Source: Camelus dromedarius (taxonomy: Eukaryota). From it: a stretch of 64,000 nt of DNA. Shown in pieces: positions 1 through 11,484 of this stretch. Location of the stretch: contig NC_087437.1 in assembly GCF_036321535.1 (NCBI RefSeq), positions 119,476,001-119,540,000 on the forward strand, in the 5' to 3' direction. The notes under the pieces were generated by a model. The model made no database searches. It was not told where the DNA came from and worked only from the letters and a program-made list of their open reading frames with translations. The translations under genes were made by a program, and so were the position numbers. The stretch's first letter is position 1; each line of letters opens with the position of its first letter.

Positions 1-1651
1 TTTAAAACTTTAAATGGCGAGTGAGTACTTGCCCCTGGCTGCTCTCTCTCACTCGCAAATCAGTGTACTCAACCAGCTTTGTCCTGCTGGCCCACCTGCC
101 TTGTCTCCTTTCCCGCTGCCCCAGCTGGTTAGGGCCACTCACCCTAGGCTCTGCACGATGCTGCAGGAGACGGTTCTCAGCTCGTGTTCTGCTCTGTTGC
201 TTCCGCCTTGAGATCCCTCAGTGACACCCCCATGCAGAGACCTCTAGATAAAGTACAAAACCTGTAACAATATTGCAAGCCCACCACCGTGTGGACCTCG
301 TCTTACTCCACGTCCCCAAATAGGAGCTCCAGCCCCTGAATTTCTCCCAGATCTCCAGGTGTTCCACTCCTTCTGGCTGCCTGGCTTTTGCACATACTGT
401 TCCCTGGAAGGGAGCATCGTGAACCGGCACCCTTCCCCCCACCTCAGCTGGCTAAGCTCAGCTTATGTTTCATTTCCTCAGAGACACTTTGTGCCCCAGC
501 CAGGACCTGTGGGCTTCGTTGTCCTTTGTGGGTTCCAGCATCCTCTCCTTCTATGTCTTGCCCCTCGGTATGGAGATTATCTGGACCCAATCTTGGACAT
601 GAGCTTGCTGAGGTCACAAGCCATGTCTGTCTGTTGATGGCTGATCCCCGGGACTTGATCTGGAGAAGTGAGTGAGAGAATAGATAGGCGAGGAGTCTAG
701 AGTCAGACCCTCATCGTAATCCAGGCCGGCATCTGCTCCAGTTGGCGGTGGAGTGATGGTTGTTCGTCCTGGCAGTGTGCATGTGGGTTTCATCCAAATG
801 AAAAGACTCGCCCTACCTCTGGGCTTTCCCAGGGGTTGACACCTGTGCTGGGTGCAGAGGAGGGGATGGATGATCTATGGCTCCTGGAATGCTGGGTGGG
901 GGTGATGGGGCGCCCCTCCCGGAGGGGGGTTGCTGGAAACTCCCCGCCCCTAACTGAACACACACAGGGATGGGGACCCCCGGTGTGAGAGCCAAGTCTG
1001 CCAGCAGGACGTGGGTCTGGAAGCAGACGTCTAGCCTTTCCACGTGGGTGGCAAGGTGGGGTGAGGATGGACTTTGGGGACCAGGGTCTCTCCATTAACC
1101 CCCACCAAAGCCAGGATTTGGTGCTTGCATGCCTTTAATGGAGTCAAAATGGGTTATAAAAGCTGGGACAGCAGCACGTGCCCCCAAAGGGCACGATCGG
1201 TGGGCAAAGGGACGGCATTCGGTGCTGCTATGTGTGCCGGAGCTGAAGGGGCATGTTCTTTCCCAATGGGCCAAGCCCAGAGCGCGCTGAGCTAAGGCGG
1301 GGTGTCCTCTTATTCCTGCGATAAGCCCCACCCAGAGGGCTCGGGGCAAGCAGGGCTGCCGAGGCGACGTCCTGCGGGGCCCTCCTGGGAGCGGCAGAGG
1401 CCCTTTCTCAGCCTGGCTCTGAGGAGTCCCGTCCTCAGACCAACGCAAACCTCCCCGGCTGTGTAGGGGATGCACGAACCTACTCATGTTTGTGTTTGAA
1501 GCATCTCACGTGCTCAGTGCCAGAGGCAAACCAGGATTAATTTTGTCAGAGTTTTACTCAGCACTTTAATTTTAATCCACAGAATAGTATAGTGGATGAG
1601 CTAAGTTTTGATCTGGTTAAGCTTTTCCGAGGTAGGCGATGCCTCGGAGGG

Positions 1652-1670
1652 GTGTGTGTGTGTGTGTGTG
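1652..1670. repeat. (TG)n microsatellite
   Basis: About 9 TG units seen directly. Confidence 0.85.
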
Positions 1671-2554
1671 AGTGATGTGTCTTTTTCTTCAACAGCAAAG
1701 CAGCATTTTCAAACATCACGAGAAAGAGAAAACCCTGGGCCCACATCTCCCCATCCCCTTATTTGTGCTTTAAATATTCGAAACCCCCAAGATTTCTGAG
1801 CCCTTAAATGCCGTGATGGAAATATGCCCGCTTGCCAGCGACGCCATCATGCACCCCCAAGAGGACATTCTAACAGGGGATGGGCTTGTTCGGTCGCCAG
1901 AGTTGCTGGGGTTTGTAAGGATATTTACAGATGGTCCACGCTCTGGTTTTGTTTTCTATTTTTTTACTAGAAATAATGACAATCCAAAAGCCATCCTCTT
2001 TAAAGAAATACCTAACAGACCTACAGAAAAAAATAGCAGCAAGATGCAGTTCCTCCTCAGAACAAATAGCACCCTGGCCGAGTGTCCTGGCCCCACGGCC
2101 GTCAGAAGGGCCTGAGCTATCTAAGGCGGTTGTCGACGGGCTCCCCCGTCAGGCCGGCTGCCTTCGACAGGGGGGAGAAGCCTCACCGAAGGCCCATGGT
2201 TGGGCACTGTCGAATGTCCTCTCTTGATTTAAGAGACAGCTAGAAAAAGCGCAGCATAGCGTTAGTCCACCCCAGGGCTCTCCTGCGCTCTGGGTTGCCT
2301 GGGGCGTGTTGATTCGTCCAGTGAGATCAAGCCATTAGAAAAAGATGTTCCTTTCTTTGCATAAACGCTTTTGGTTCTTGGCACGTCTGTAACAGTTCAC
2401 TTGCCTCCCAGTGAAAGCTTGAAAAACCAACGTGGCTATGTATCAAATACCCTGGTGGTGGGGGTGGAAGAGGCACCCACCTCTCTCTTAAGATGACATG
2501 TTCTGGGATCCCTTCTGCTCCTCATGTGGTCACAGGGCTCAGAGCAGCTTCCTT

Positions 2555-2685
2555 AACATAGTCTGGGCCTCAGTTTCCTTATCTGTATCATAGAGAAAAA
2601 CAAAATCAGCCTTTCTGACTTCTCAGCGCTATTATGAAGCTACAGTGAGAGAGGAGAAGTGTAAGGGGCTTGCAGAACTTACAAG
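2555..2685 (+). mobile_element. MIR SINE remnant
   Basis: MIR core ctgggcctcagtttccttatctgta. Confidence 0.55.
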
Positions 2686-3202
2686 GAAAACACCAAGGCT
2701 GCCTCCCACAGACCCTGGCGCTGCAGGGGGCGCCCCTGCTCCTGAGGCGCGTTTACCAGGTCCCGGGAGGAAGGCACTAGAAGACCTCATTTTACATAAA
2801 GTTTTTCCAATTATGCATTTCTTAGCAGCCTCATGCATCTTTATGGTTTTTTTAATGAGTGGACCGTAAATAGATAATTTTTGTATGGTGACCAGTGTTT
2901 CATTCTTTGAGACAACTGGTTTATTTATTATAGTTTTGGAATTAGATTTTATGATTCCTAAATAAGATGGTAGAGCAGTTTGACATTTTGTCTTTAGCAT
3001 GATTTTAGGAGAAGAAAAAGTGAGGGCTGGAGGTGAGGACTTCCTCCAGGTGAGCATCCTTTCTGTCAAGCCGAGGGCTCTGTGTCGTGTAAGGGCTGTT
3101 GCTCTGACTGACGCATGGCCCTGAGCCTACTGGCAAGTCCCTTGTGTCCTTCCCTTGGGGTAACTCGCAGCCTCTCTTGGGGCTTCCTCCCCTTCTTTCT
3201 AG

Positions 3203-3446
3203 AACGCCAGCGGTTACTCTGCAGCCATGACCGAGCCCAAGTCGGTGTGCGTCTCGGTGGACGAGGTGGTCTCCAGCAACATGGATGTCGCCGAGACGGA
3301 GCTGCTGAATGGGCACCTTAAGAAAGTGGACAACAACCTCACAGAGGCCCAGCGCCTTTCCTCCTTGCCGCGGAGGGCGGCCGTCAACATCGAATTCAAG
3401 GATCTTTCCTACTCAGTCCCAGAAGGACCCTGGTGGAGGAAGAAAG
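3203..3446 (+). CDS. ABCG1: ABCG1 exon 2 (244 nt): [19 protein letters not shown]...PEGPWWRKK(G)
   Basis: Acceptor ccttctttctAG at 3201-3202, donor AAG|GTAGGG at 3447; phase 0 in, phase 1 out. Confidence 0.97.
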
Positions 3447-3658
3447 GTAGGGAGGGGGCTGCTGTGGGTGTTCAGAGGTGGGAGGAGCCTCCAAAGGGAG
3501 AAACGTGTTATTTGGGGAGACCTGGGTCCGGAAGTTGGGAGGCTGAGTCTCAGGGCTCAGCTGTGGTCAGTTTATTTTGTTGCCTCAGGCTCAGGTTTTT
3601 CCCTTACCTAGAATTTGAACAGGTCGGATTAGATGACTCAAGATTCACAGTGGATCTT

Positions 3659-3955
3659 TTTTATTTTTATTATAATGTATAGTTGATTGACAATGTTGTG
3701 TTAGTTTCTGGTGTACAGCAAAAGTTATTTACATATATATATATATATACACACACATATACTCCTTTTCATATTCTTTTCCATTGTAGATTATTACAGA
3801 TACTGAATATAGTTCCCTGTGCTGCACAGCAGGTGTCTGTTGTTTATCTACTTTATATATAGTAGTGTGTACCTGTTAATCCCAAACTCCTAATTTATCC
3901 CTCCCCCTCTTTCTCCTTCAGTAACCGTAAGTTTGTTTTCTTTGTCTGTGAGTCA
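3659..3955 (-). mobile_element. 5'-truncated L1 3'-end fragment
   Basis: L1 3'UTR-type sequence (gtatagttgattgacaatgttgtgttagtttctggtgtacagc) with T-tail; TSD CACAGTGG(A/T)TCTT at 3646-3658 and 3956-3968. Confidence 0.85.
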
Positions 3956-4164
3956 CACAGTGGTTCTTAACCTCCGATATGATCACAAAGTTTGACCAGG
4001 GTCCCTGTGTGCCAGTTTCCGGTCTGCACTTGGAGGGTCCTCTTTACGGGATGCTGCTTATGTTGGCCTTTCAAGATGGGACCATTGGTTTTAAATACTT
4101 TAATTCTGAGCCAAATGGAAGACAGATGCTTCCTCCCAAGCTTGAAGTGTTAAAAAGTAGCCAG

Positions 4165-4180
4165 TGACCTAGAGTGATCT
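4165..4180 (-). promoter_or_regulatory. Candidate LXR response element (DR4 AGATCA-ctct-AGGTCA)
   Basis: + strand TGACCT agag TGATCT; ABCG1 is an established LXR target. Confidence 0.5.
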
Positions 4181-5592
4181 CTCTGGAAACTAGCCTTGTG
4201 TGTTTAAGGACCTCGAAAGGACTCACGGGGTGTGCTGGTGGGCTATCAATAAAAGCAGAAGAGGTGGAGAGGAAGGGAGTCGGGAGCTCTTGGGACAGCC
4301 GCATGCACGCGGGAGCCTGCCGCCAGCCTGCTGCGTATTGGCAGGAACTGATGACTGACGGATTTGGAGTGTTCTCAGCAACCTGGATGCACCTTTTTCA
4401 GCTCTTGATTTTCAGAGTGTGTAGAGTTAAAGCCTCCTTGTGTTAGTATTTCCGTTTCGAGCTTGACCAACTTCCTCCTGTGGACCTCACTCTTCACACG
4501 CACCCCCACCCCTGCTCCACGCACCCACCAGCTGTCCGTCTTTTGGGAGGCAGGTACCGACTGGAAGAGACACGTTAGACATCACCCAGGAACAATGGTC
4601 CTTAGTTTCCAATGAATCACTTAAAACAACTTGAAAATCTATGAGGAATTTGGAACAAAATGACTCAGGTACCACCGGAATATTTTAATTGTTTAGGATT
4701 CAAATCCAGATTCAATCCATCTTTCTTTTTGAAGAAGATCCACCAAGAGGCACCTTTTTACTTTTCATTTTTCTGTTCCCTATCGCCTACATTTTGTTTC
4801 CTACCCTCCTGGAGTGAAGCTTTAGAGACGGTTGGTGTGGGCAGCTCTGGAATTCCTTGTAACCATGATTTTAGAACTGGTCCCTAGGACCCCCGAGCCA
4901 CGTTGGTTGTTGGATGGCTTTATATCTGTCTGCACACCAGGAACAGATCCCAAACCTTCTCAGTGGCTGGCAGGATAGCACTGTTATCTGCGACTTACGT
5001 TTTCAGAGTGTGCCAGCCTGTTTTGTTAAGAAAGAAATTCTGTGATAGGCTCAGGGTTGGGCCTGTTTGTCTGAGCCTATTGAAATTCCGACCTAGGGTT
5101 ACAGCTTTTCCTTCTCAACTTGAACAAATATTTTACTGAAAAAAAATGCACCTAGTGACCAGGAAGGCCTTATGAGGTTTTGCCTTGATCTGTCTCTGTT
5201 GACAGCAAACCCATGGGCAACACGGGTAAGTTTCTGCCCACGTGTCACATGTGGCCTTAGAAACGTGGTCATGATATTGGAAACACTTGGATGTGTATCC
5301 TCTAAAGTGAAGACAGCTTGCCACGCAGAAATGCAAACATCTCTAAACTGTGGCGGAATCTTGCTTTGAAATCCAACACGGCAGGTGCTCACCCAGTGCT
5401 GGTGAGTGAAGAGTCTTCCCTGGTCAGGTGTGCAGCTTGCTCACCCTGGGTTCTCTGAATGTTAGAAGTGGTCACACTAATTGTCAAAGTGGGCCCTCGG
5501 TGCTGGCCTCTTCATTAGCGGAGGAGAGGCCACCGCCATCCATCCCCGGTGGCCTCCTGGGAGCCCCGCCCGCCTGCTGCCGGATAGGCACT

Positions 5593-5608
5593 TGCCCTGC
5601 AGTAACCT
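5593..5608 (-). promoter_or_regulatory. Candidate LXR response element (DR4 AGGTTA-ctgc-AGGGCA)
   Basis: + strand TGCCCT gcag TAACCT; next to ETS (AGGAAGTG 5633-5640) and AP-1 (TGAGTCA 5660-5666) motifs. Confidence 0.6.
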
Positions 5609-6721
5609 GTGTGGGCTCAGGCGGGGAGCAGTAGGAAGTGGGCCCCAGGCACCTGCCTGTGAGTCAGAGGTGGCTGCAGCCGGAGGGAGAGGCGGGCACC
5701 ATCGGTCTGGAGTGTCTGGTCGCTGGTTTCCCAACCCGCCAGGCCTGACTTCTCTGTTGGGCTTCCTTCCCCAGTGCCCCGCCCAGAGGCAGCGCCTGTG
5801 TCCACCTCCCTCTCCCTGCCCCTCTTCCCGCCGGGCCCCGATGTTACCTTTGTTCTTGGTGCCCCGCGGTTCAGGACTTAGATGGGGCTTCAGTCCCGCG
5901 TACACTTAGGGTGGGAGATACCTGTCCACCTTCTCACGGAATAGAAAGGGAGCTGAGTGTTAAGGGCTTGTCGGGACCCTGAGCTGTGATGATGGTGTCC
6001 AACCCCGCTGTCCGGCTTGGAGCCCGTGCCCCGCCTGGTGCCGGGCCTCGGGGTGCGGGGTTCCCGCAGCCGCGGGGAAGTGGGGCTCCTTCTCCAGGCT
6101 TGAGTCCCACAGGGCCCGCTCTGCCGTGCTGCCAGCCTGGCAAGCATTTCCCTTTTCTCTCGGTGGCAGTTTTATATCTGGCGTCAGCTCTGTGTGACGC
6201 CAGGTGTGACCAGCCTTTGTGGCAGGAGCTTTTTCTCTTACTTCTCTTACCGTGTTGTCCTTCTCTCTGGATGGAGTCGATTGGTTTTAATTCTTGAAAA
6301 ATTCAGCGGTGCCTGCGGAGCTCGTGGCAACGATCTCGCTGGGCTTGGACTCATCGGGGAGGCAGAGGCACCTGAGAACGCGAGAGCTGGGGGTTTCCAG
6401 AGCGTCCGGTTGTACAATGAAGGACTCAGGAGCCCGAGGGCTGCAGTGACCTGCTCAAGGTCAGAGCCAAGGCTGGGGCCCGGCCGTCGGGCTCCTGGTC
6501 CATCACAGAGACCCTGGGCCACTCCAGTACAGTCCAGGGAAGACTCTTCCTCCCAGAGTAAGTTGCAGCCGCATCAAGTCCACATAGGATGCTGCAGCAA
6601 AGCTTGGCCCTGGGATTGGAACAGTATTACACCCTCCCGCACAATTATTTCAAAGAAAGAAGATGGAGAAAGAGAGCTTCGTAATCCTTAGAAGAAAGGC
6701 CATGAGTGAATCCATAGCAGT

Positions 6722-6810
6722 ATTTTTTTTTTATTGGAGGAACTGGGGATCGAACCCAGGACCTCGTGCATGCTAGGCACGTGCTCTACCGCTGAGCTCC
6801 ACCCTCCCCC
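6722..6810 (-). mobile_element. tRNA-Ala-derived SINE (Vic-1-like)
   Basis: Reverse strand GGGGGAGGGTGGAGCTCAGCGGTAGAGC...GGGTTCGATCCCC plus A tail; degenerate TSD CA(T/C)AGCA(G/A)TATTTTT. Confidence 0.85.
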
Positions 6811-9527
6811 ACAGCAATATTTTTAAGAAGGAGATGTCAGGCATTGCATCTTTAAGATTCTTAAGCTTGAGGATTGCCAGGCATCGAATACGGTGTTTAC
6901 AAGAAAACATCTTGTATTTTCAATTGTAGTTACGTTTTCACCGTATGATTAATGATGTCTTTGGAGCAAAAAAAAAAAGGCCGTGTAATAGATTCCTAGC
7001 AGAGAACACAGCTGTGAGAGGGACCGTCCTCGGGGGAGGAAGCGCACCCCACGGGTGATTCCATGGGCTTCTGACACGGTGATTACCTTCCCTCAAGGAA
7101 TTCACTCACGTAGCGTTGGCTGATGGGACAAACGATTTGGAACAATATGGCCCTTGGTGTCGTCACACCAACTATTGTGTCCAGGGACTTCGGGAACAAT
7201 GCGGTTTAATTGTCCTCGCTCAGCCCCGTGTGACTGACTTCTGAGGGCAGCCTCTGCTTCCTGTAAGGCAGGCCCTGCGCTGGGTCCTTTGGTCCACTGG
7301 GCTCAGAGACCAATTCCGTCCTTTCAACATGTGGGGTACATGAGGTTCAGAGACTGTACCCCAGGTCCCAGGAGCAGAGGAGGCAAAGGGGAAAGCAGGC
7401 CTGAAGCTAAGACCCAACAGGACATCTAGTGGCACACCACTGGGCCACCCTGGCACCTGGGCCTCACCCCCATTTACAAAACCACTGGGGGGCACCTTGA
7501 CTGCCAACTCTGACTTCTTTTCCCTTTAACTGGCCTGCTTGGATGCCAGTCACCTCTGTCTTCCATGGGGACCCATAAGGAGGTGCCCTGGTCCTTTGGA
7601 GAGCTTAGTGTCCACCCCTCACCAGGGAGGGCAGGCTGTTGCGTGGTGTGCTCCACACACACAGGCGATTCCTAGGCATTAAATACCCCTCCGAAGGTGG
7701 CCTGTGAGTTGAGAACAAAAGTAATCCAAGCTGGGGCTTTGCAGTTTTCTTTACCCCTCGTCAGCCAGGCTGTTGTCTCAACACGGCAGCACTCGGACGG
7801 AGCAAGACAGCACCCCCTGCTCTGCAAGCAGACCCGGCAGCACCCTCGCCAAGCGCCAGGACGGGGCTGGACATCCTGGGTGGCTCCTCGTCGGATTATC
7901 TGTATTGGTTTGCTTCTGAGCTATCAAACTGTGTTTGCACACCCTTCTCAAATTGAAGTTTGCTTTCTCTTAATTTCCAGAGCAATTTCACAAGGCCGGC
8001 CAGCAATGACAGGCTGGCTCAAATGAGAAGAATGTACCATTAAAATCCCTTTCAGGAATTCCGTTAAGAGAAGATTGGCTTCCAACCAAGCCCTGGGTGA
8101 CTTGCTCTAACAGGCTGGGACAGGGATGGGAAGGGAAGGCTGGTTAAAGGAAGACTGGAGAAGGAAGTCTTAAAGGAAGCAGGGCGGGCTGCTCCGGTGC
8201 GAAGGCGGATCTGTATTTCCCTAGCACGAGTGAATGACTTTTGTGCTCCTGGGGGCCCCTCATGTGAAGGTGGGTTTTCTTTGTGGTGCAAAAGGAAATT
8301 GCTTTTAATACTCTGTCTTTGTCTTTATTTGAGGCTGTGGCTGGTCCTTCAGTGCTTTGTGGCGAACATGAGCTCTGCTTGCAAGGCTCTGTGCTTGAGT
8401 GAAGCTAGGGCGTCACACAGGGAGCCCCATGACCCAGGTCGCCAGATGGCTGGAGAGCTCCTCCCTTCCCCTCTGGGGCCAGTTCTCAGGTTCGCGGTGG
8501 CTCCCTGGGGCAGGAGGCAGGTCACCCACTCAGGCCCCTTTGGTGATGAGGTCTTCTGGAATAGTTCTGATCCTCTGCCTTTCGGGCCCCGAAAGAGGCT
8601 TTGAAAAACTGTGGAGGATGGGCGGACTCTCATGACAGATGAATGCAGCGTGACCACATACAAAACCAAAAGGGTCTGCTAGTTCACAGGCAGAACTTTA
8701 ATATCCGAGAGGTCTCAGCTCCCCTTCTCCAGCCAGCACATCCTACCCACCTTGGAGCCCTCTGTGTGGAAGCCAAGCCATCATCATCTGGGACCTGGAA
8801 TCAGAGGTGCAGGGTCCAGGTGTGGCGCCGGCAGGCTGGGCAGCCCTGGTAGACACGGCACAGGCAGCCCCGCCAATCTTGGCATTGAAGTCTCCTCTTC
8901 TTTGCTTCAATGTTGGGCCACCTCCGTCACCTTCCGATTGGCAGTCTCCATATTCGGGCACACTGATACTCTACCATTTTTCTGGAGAGTGTGCCTGGCC
9001 ATCTGGTCTCCTCAATGTGACTTTGCAGGACTGTGCTCTGCTCAGTGGTGAGTTCGTGTCACGGTGTCACTTTTTAGGACATTCTTACCACACTCATTTT
9101 CATCTGCTGGGTGGGTGCCCTCCTGCCTTCCGTTAACACCCCAAATATGCTCATGACTTGAAAATCCCACATGCTTGAATGAATGTCCTCTCTTATAAAC
9201 CAGAATCTAATCGGCCAAGGCCAAGAAATAACCCACGGTGACATTTTGCTGAACATGAAACCATTTCTTTTGTTTATAAATTGGCAGAAGAAAATGTTTA
9301 GTAACCAGACACTTGCTCTCTTTGAGTTCAGTTCTAGAATCAACAGATTGGCTTATTTAAGGAACAAAGGTAACCACATGGGTCAGATTAAAATCATTTA
9401 GAAAGACTGCATGGGACAAACGCGGGGTCTGTAGGATGGAGGTGCATTTCCCTATGAAACCTAAGTCGATGAAGTTCCAAAACCTTCATAGGAAAGCTTG
9501 CTGTCATATAAAATCTATCTCGTACTT

Positions 9528-9583
9528 AAAAAAAAAAAAAAAAAAACTCCAAACCAAAACTAAACTAAACTAAACTAAACTAA
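9528..9583. repeat. Poly(A) plus (TAAAC)n simple repeat
   Basis: Seen directly; flanked by a 20-bp imperfect direct repeat. Confidence 0.85.
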
Positions 9584-11430
9584 AATCTATCTGGCACTGA
9601 GTGATTTTGTCCACAATTTGAGAAGAGGCACCAGGAGGAGCTTTCAGAGTCGAGGACGGAGGCTGCTGAGCGGGCAGCAGCCCAGCCTGGACCACAGCCA
9701 CCAGCTTTACTTCCCACTTTGTCAGCTGTGTTGTTGTTCATCACCTTTGTGCTGTGGGATAAGCGGCATTCAGTGTCAAAACTAAGACATGCCAGAGTGA
9801 CTTCATGACTGCGATTATGTCCAACTGAGACCTACATTTAGAGAATCTTGGAGCCCAAAGGGGCCTGGGAGCTCCCGCGCCTGACCTCTCACCCATGGAG
9901 CCATCCCTCTTGCCCCATCCCAACCACAGGTGGCCAGCCTCTGTCTGACCACTTCCAGCAACTCCCCACGTGGCCAGGTCCTTGTTTGCACAACTCTAAT
10001 TCTTAGAAAAGGCTTCTTTTGAGCTGAAATCTGAATTCTAGTCATGTTCATTTGTTGATCCAAGCTCTGCTTTGCGGAGAACCCATGTACGCTTGCTATA
10101 CTCTTGGTTCTTGGAAATGAGCTCACGCGTTGGAAGGAAAAATGCTTAACCAGGTACAAAACAGCAACCTGGTGCCTCAGGACCCAGGGATCCCTGGAAA
10201 GGAGGAAAGAGCCGTGGCTCTTGGGGGAAATGAGGCTGGAGTCCTGCTTTGGGAGTAGGTACTGCCGAGGCATCCATGGGGGCAGGGCAGCAAGCAGGAT
10301 CCCCTGCTGGAATGTTCTTGCTCTCGGCTGTAAACTGTCAAGGGTGGAGATCAGTGGAAGAGCAGGGTACAAGTCACTCTTTCTGTTTCTTTTACTGTCA
10401 TAAGGCAAAAGTCCCTTGCCTGGATATCTCAACCACCAATCTTGAAAGTGAATCTTTTAGGAGTTTTATGGGGGACTTCTCAGTTGTTATTTCTTCCTTC
10501 CCACTTTTTGGGGAGCAGTGGTTATTTTTTAATTAAAAATACCTGTTTACTGAGAAAATGCTGTTTGCTTTGGCACATGGCATCAGTAAGTACTCATGGG
10601 AAAGCCACGGGGCATTGTCAGCATGGCCCTCACACAGGAGGAAAGGGGGGCTAGAGGGAGGCAGCCCTCGGATTCTGGATTAGACCTCAAGCCTTAACCA
10701 CCTGCCTCTCAACCAGATGCGTTCAGAACTCTTCCCCCTTTGTCATTTCGCAGGCCCCACCCAAGATGAGCTGTTTTTCTCATCTCTTTTTCACCCATGA
10801 CATACACAACCCCAGATGGAGATACCACAAAAGCCTCCCCACCTCCTGAGGAAGTGGGCACCCAGATTTCCTTCATGGGCTGGGCTGGGGGCAGTGTTGG
10901 TCTGCATCCTGGATCAGAACTCCGTCCACCTGGCTGGGGACTGTGCCGGGAACCTCTGCTTGTCCTCACCCTCTAGGACGGAGTAATCGGGCCCCGGTCC
11001 TCCACCCCCACCGAAGTTCCTTCCAAGGGCGACGAGCCTGGCTGGTCTCCAAGGGGCGAATTCATTCTGGCCAATTTTCACCTGCATGCTCTTGGGTAGG
11101 TGGGGCTTTGGCCGGTCGACTGAGACGGGGCTCTTCCGCCGGCTTTAAATGTGGAGTAAAATCCATCTCTTATCTTGGCTCGTGCAGATGCTGACCCTGC
11201 AGGCCTGGGGCCCAGGGTGACGTCTGCGCTGTCCCCGCCGGGCGGCTGGGGCGCACCTTCTCTCAGAGGTAGAGCTGGCTGCGTGTCTGGCGGAGGCTTC
11301 CTGGAGGTTTCCCGTGTTTCTCGGCAGCCCTAAACTCTGAATGGTTGGAGGAGATGAGCACCGCGGGGCTGGGCTCCTCCCGCGCGTAGGTGCGAGCCCC
11401 GCAGGTGAGCCCTGCTGCGCGTGCGCAGTG

Positions 11431-11461
11431 GCCGCCGCCCGCCGCCGCCGCCGCCGCCGCC
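11431..11461. repeat. (GCC)3-C-(GCC)7 trinucleotide repeat
   Basis: Seen directly inside the CpG island. Confidence 0.9.
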
Positions 11462-11468
11462 CGCGCCG

Positions 11469-11484
11469 GGGTTACTCCCGGTCA
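11469..11484 (+). promoter_or_regulatory. LXR response element (DR4 GGGTTA-ctcc-CGGTCA) in the intron-2 CpG island
   Basis: Close match to the ABCA1/ABCG1-type RGGTTA-ctnn-CGGTCA LXRE; an intron-2 LXRE is known in human and mouse ABCG1. Confidence 0.8.

Noticed and set aside
1..3200. ABCG1 exon 1 and main promoter
   Set aside because: No MACLMAAFSVGTAM-like exon or promoter CpG island; this is the distal part of intron 1.
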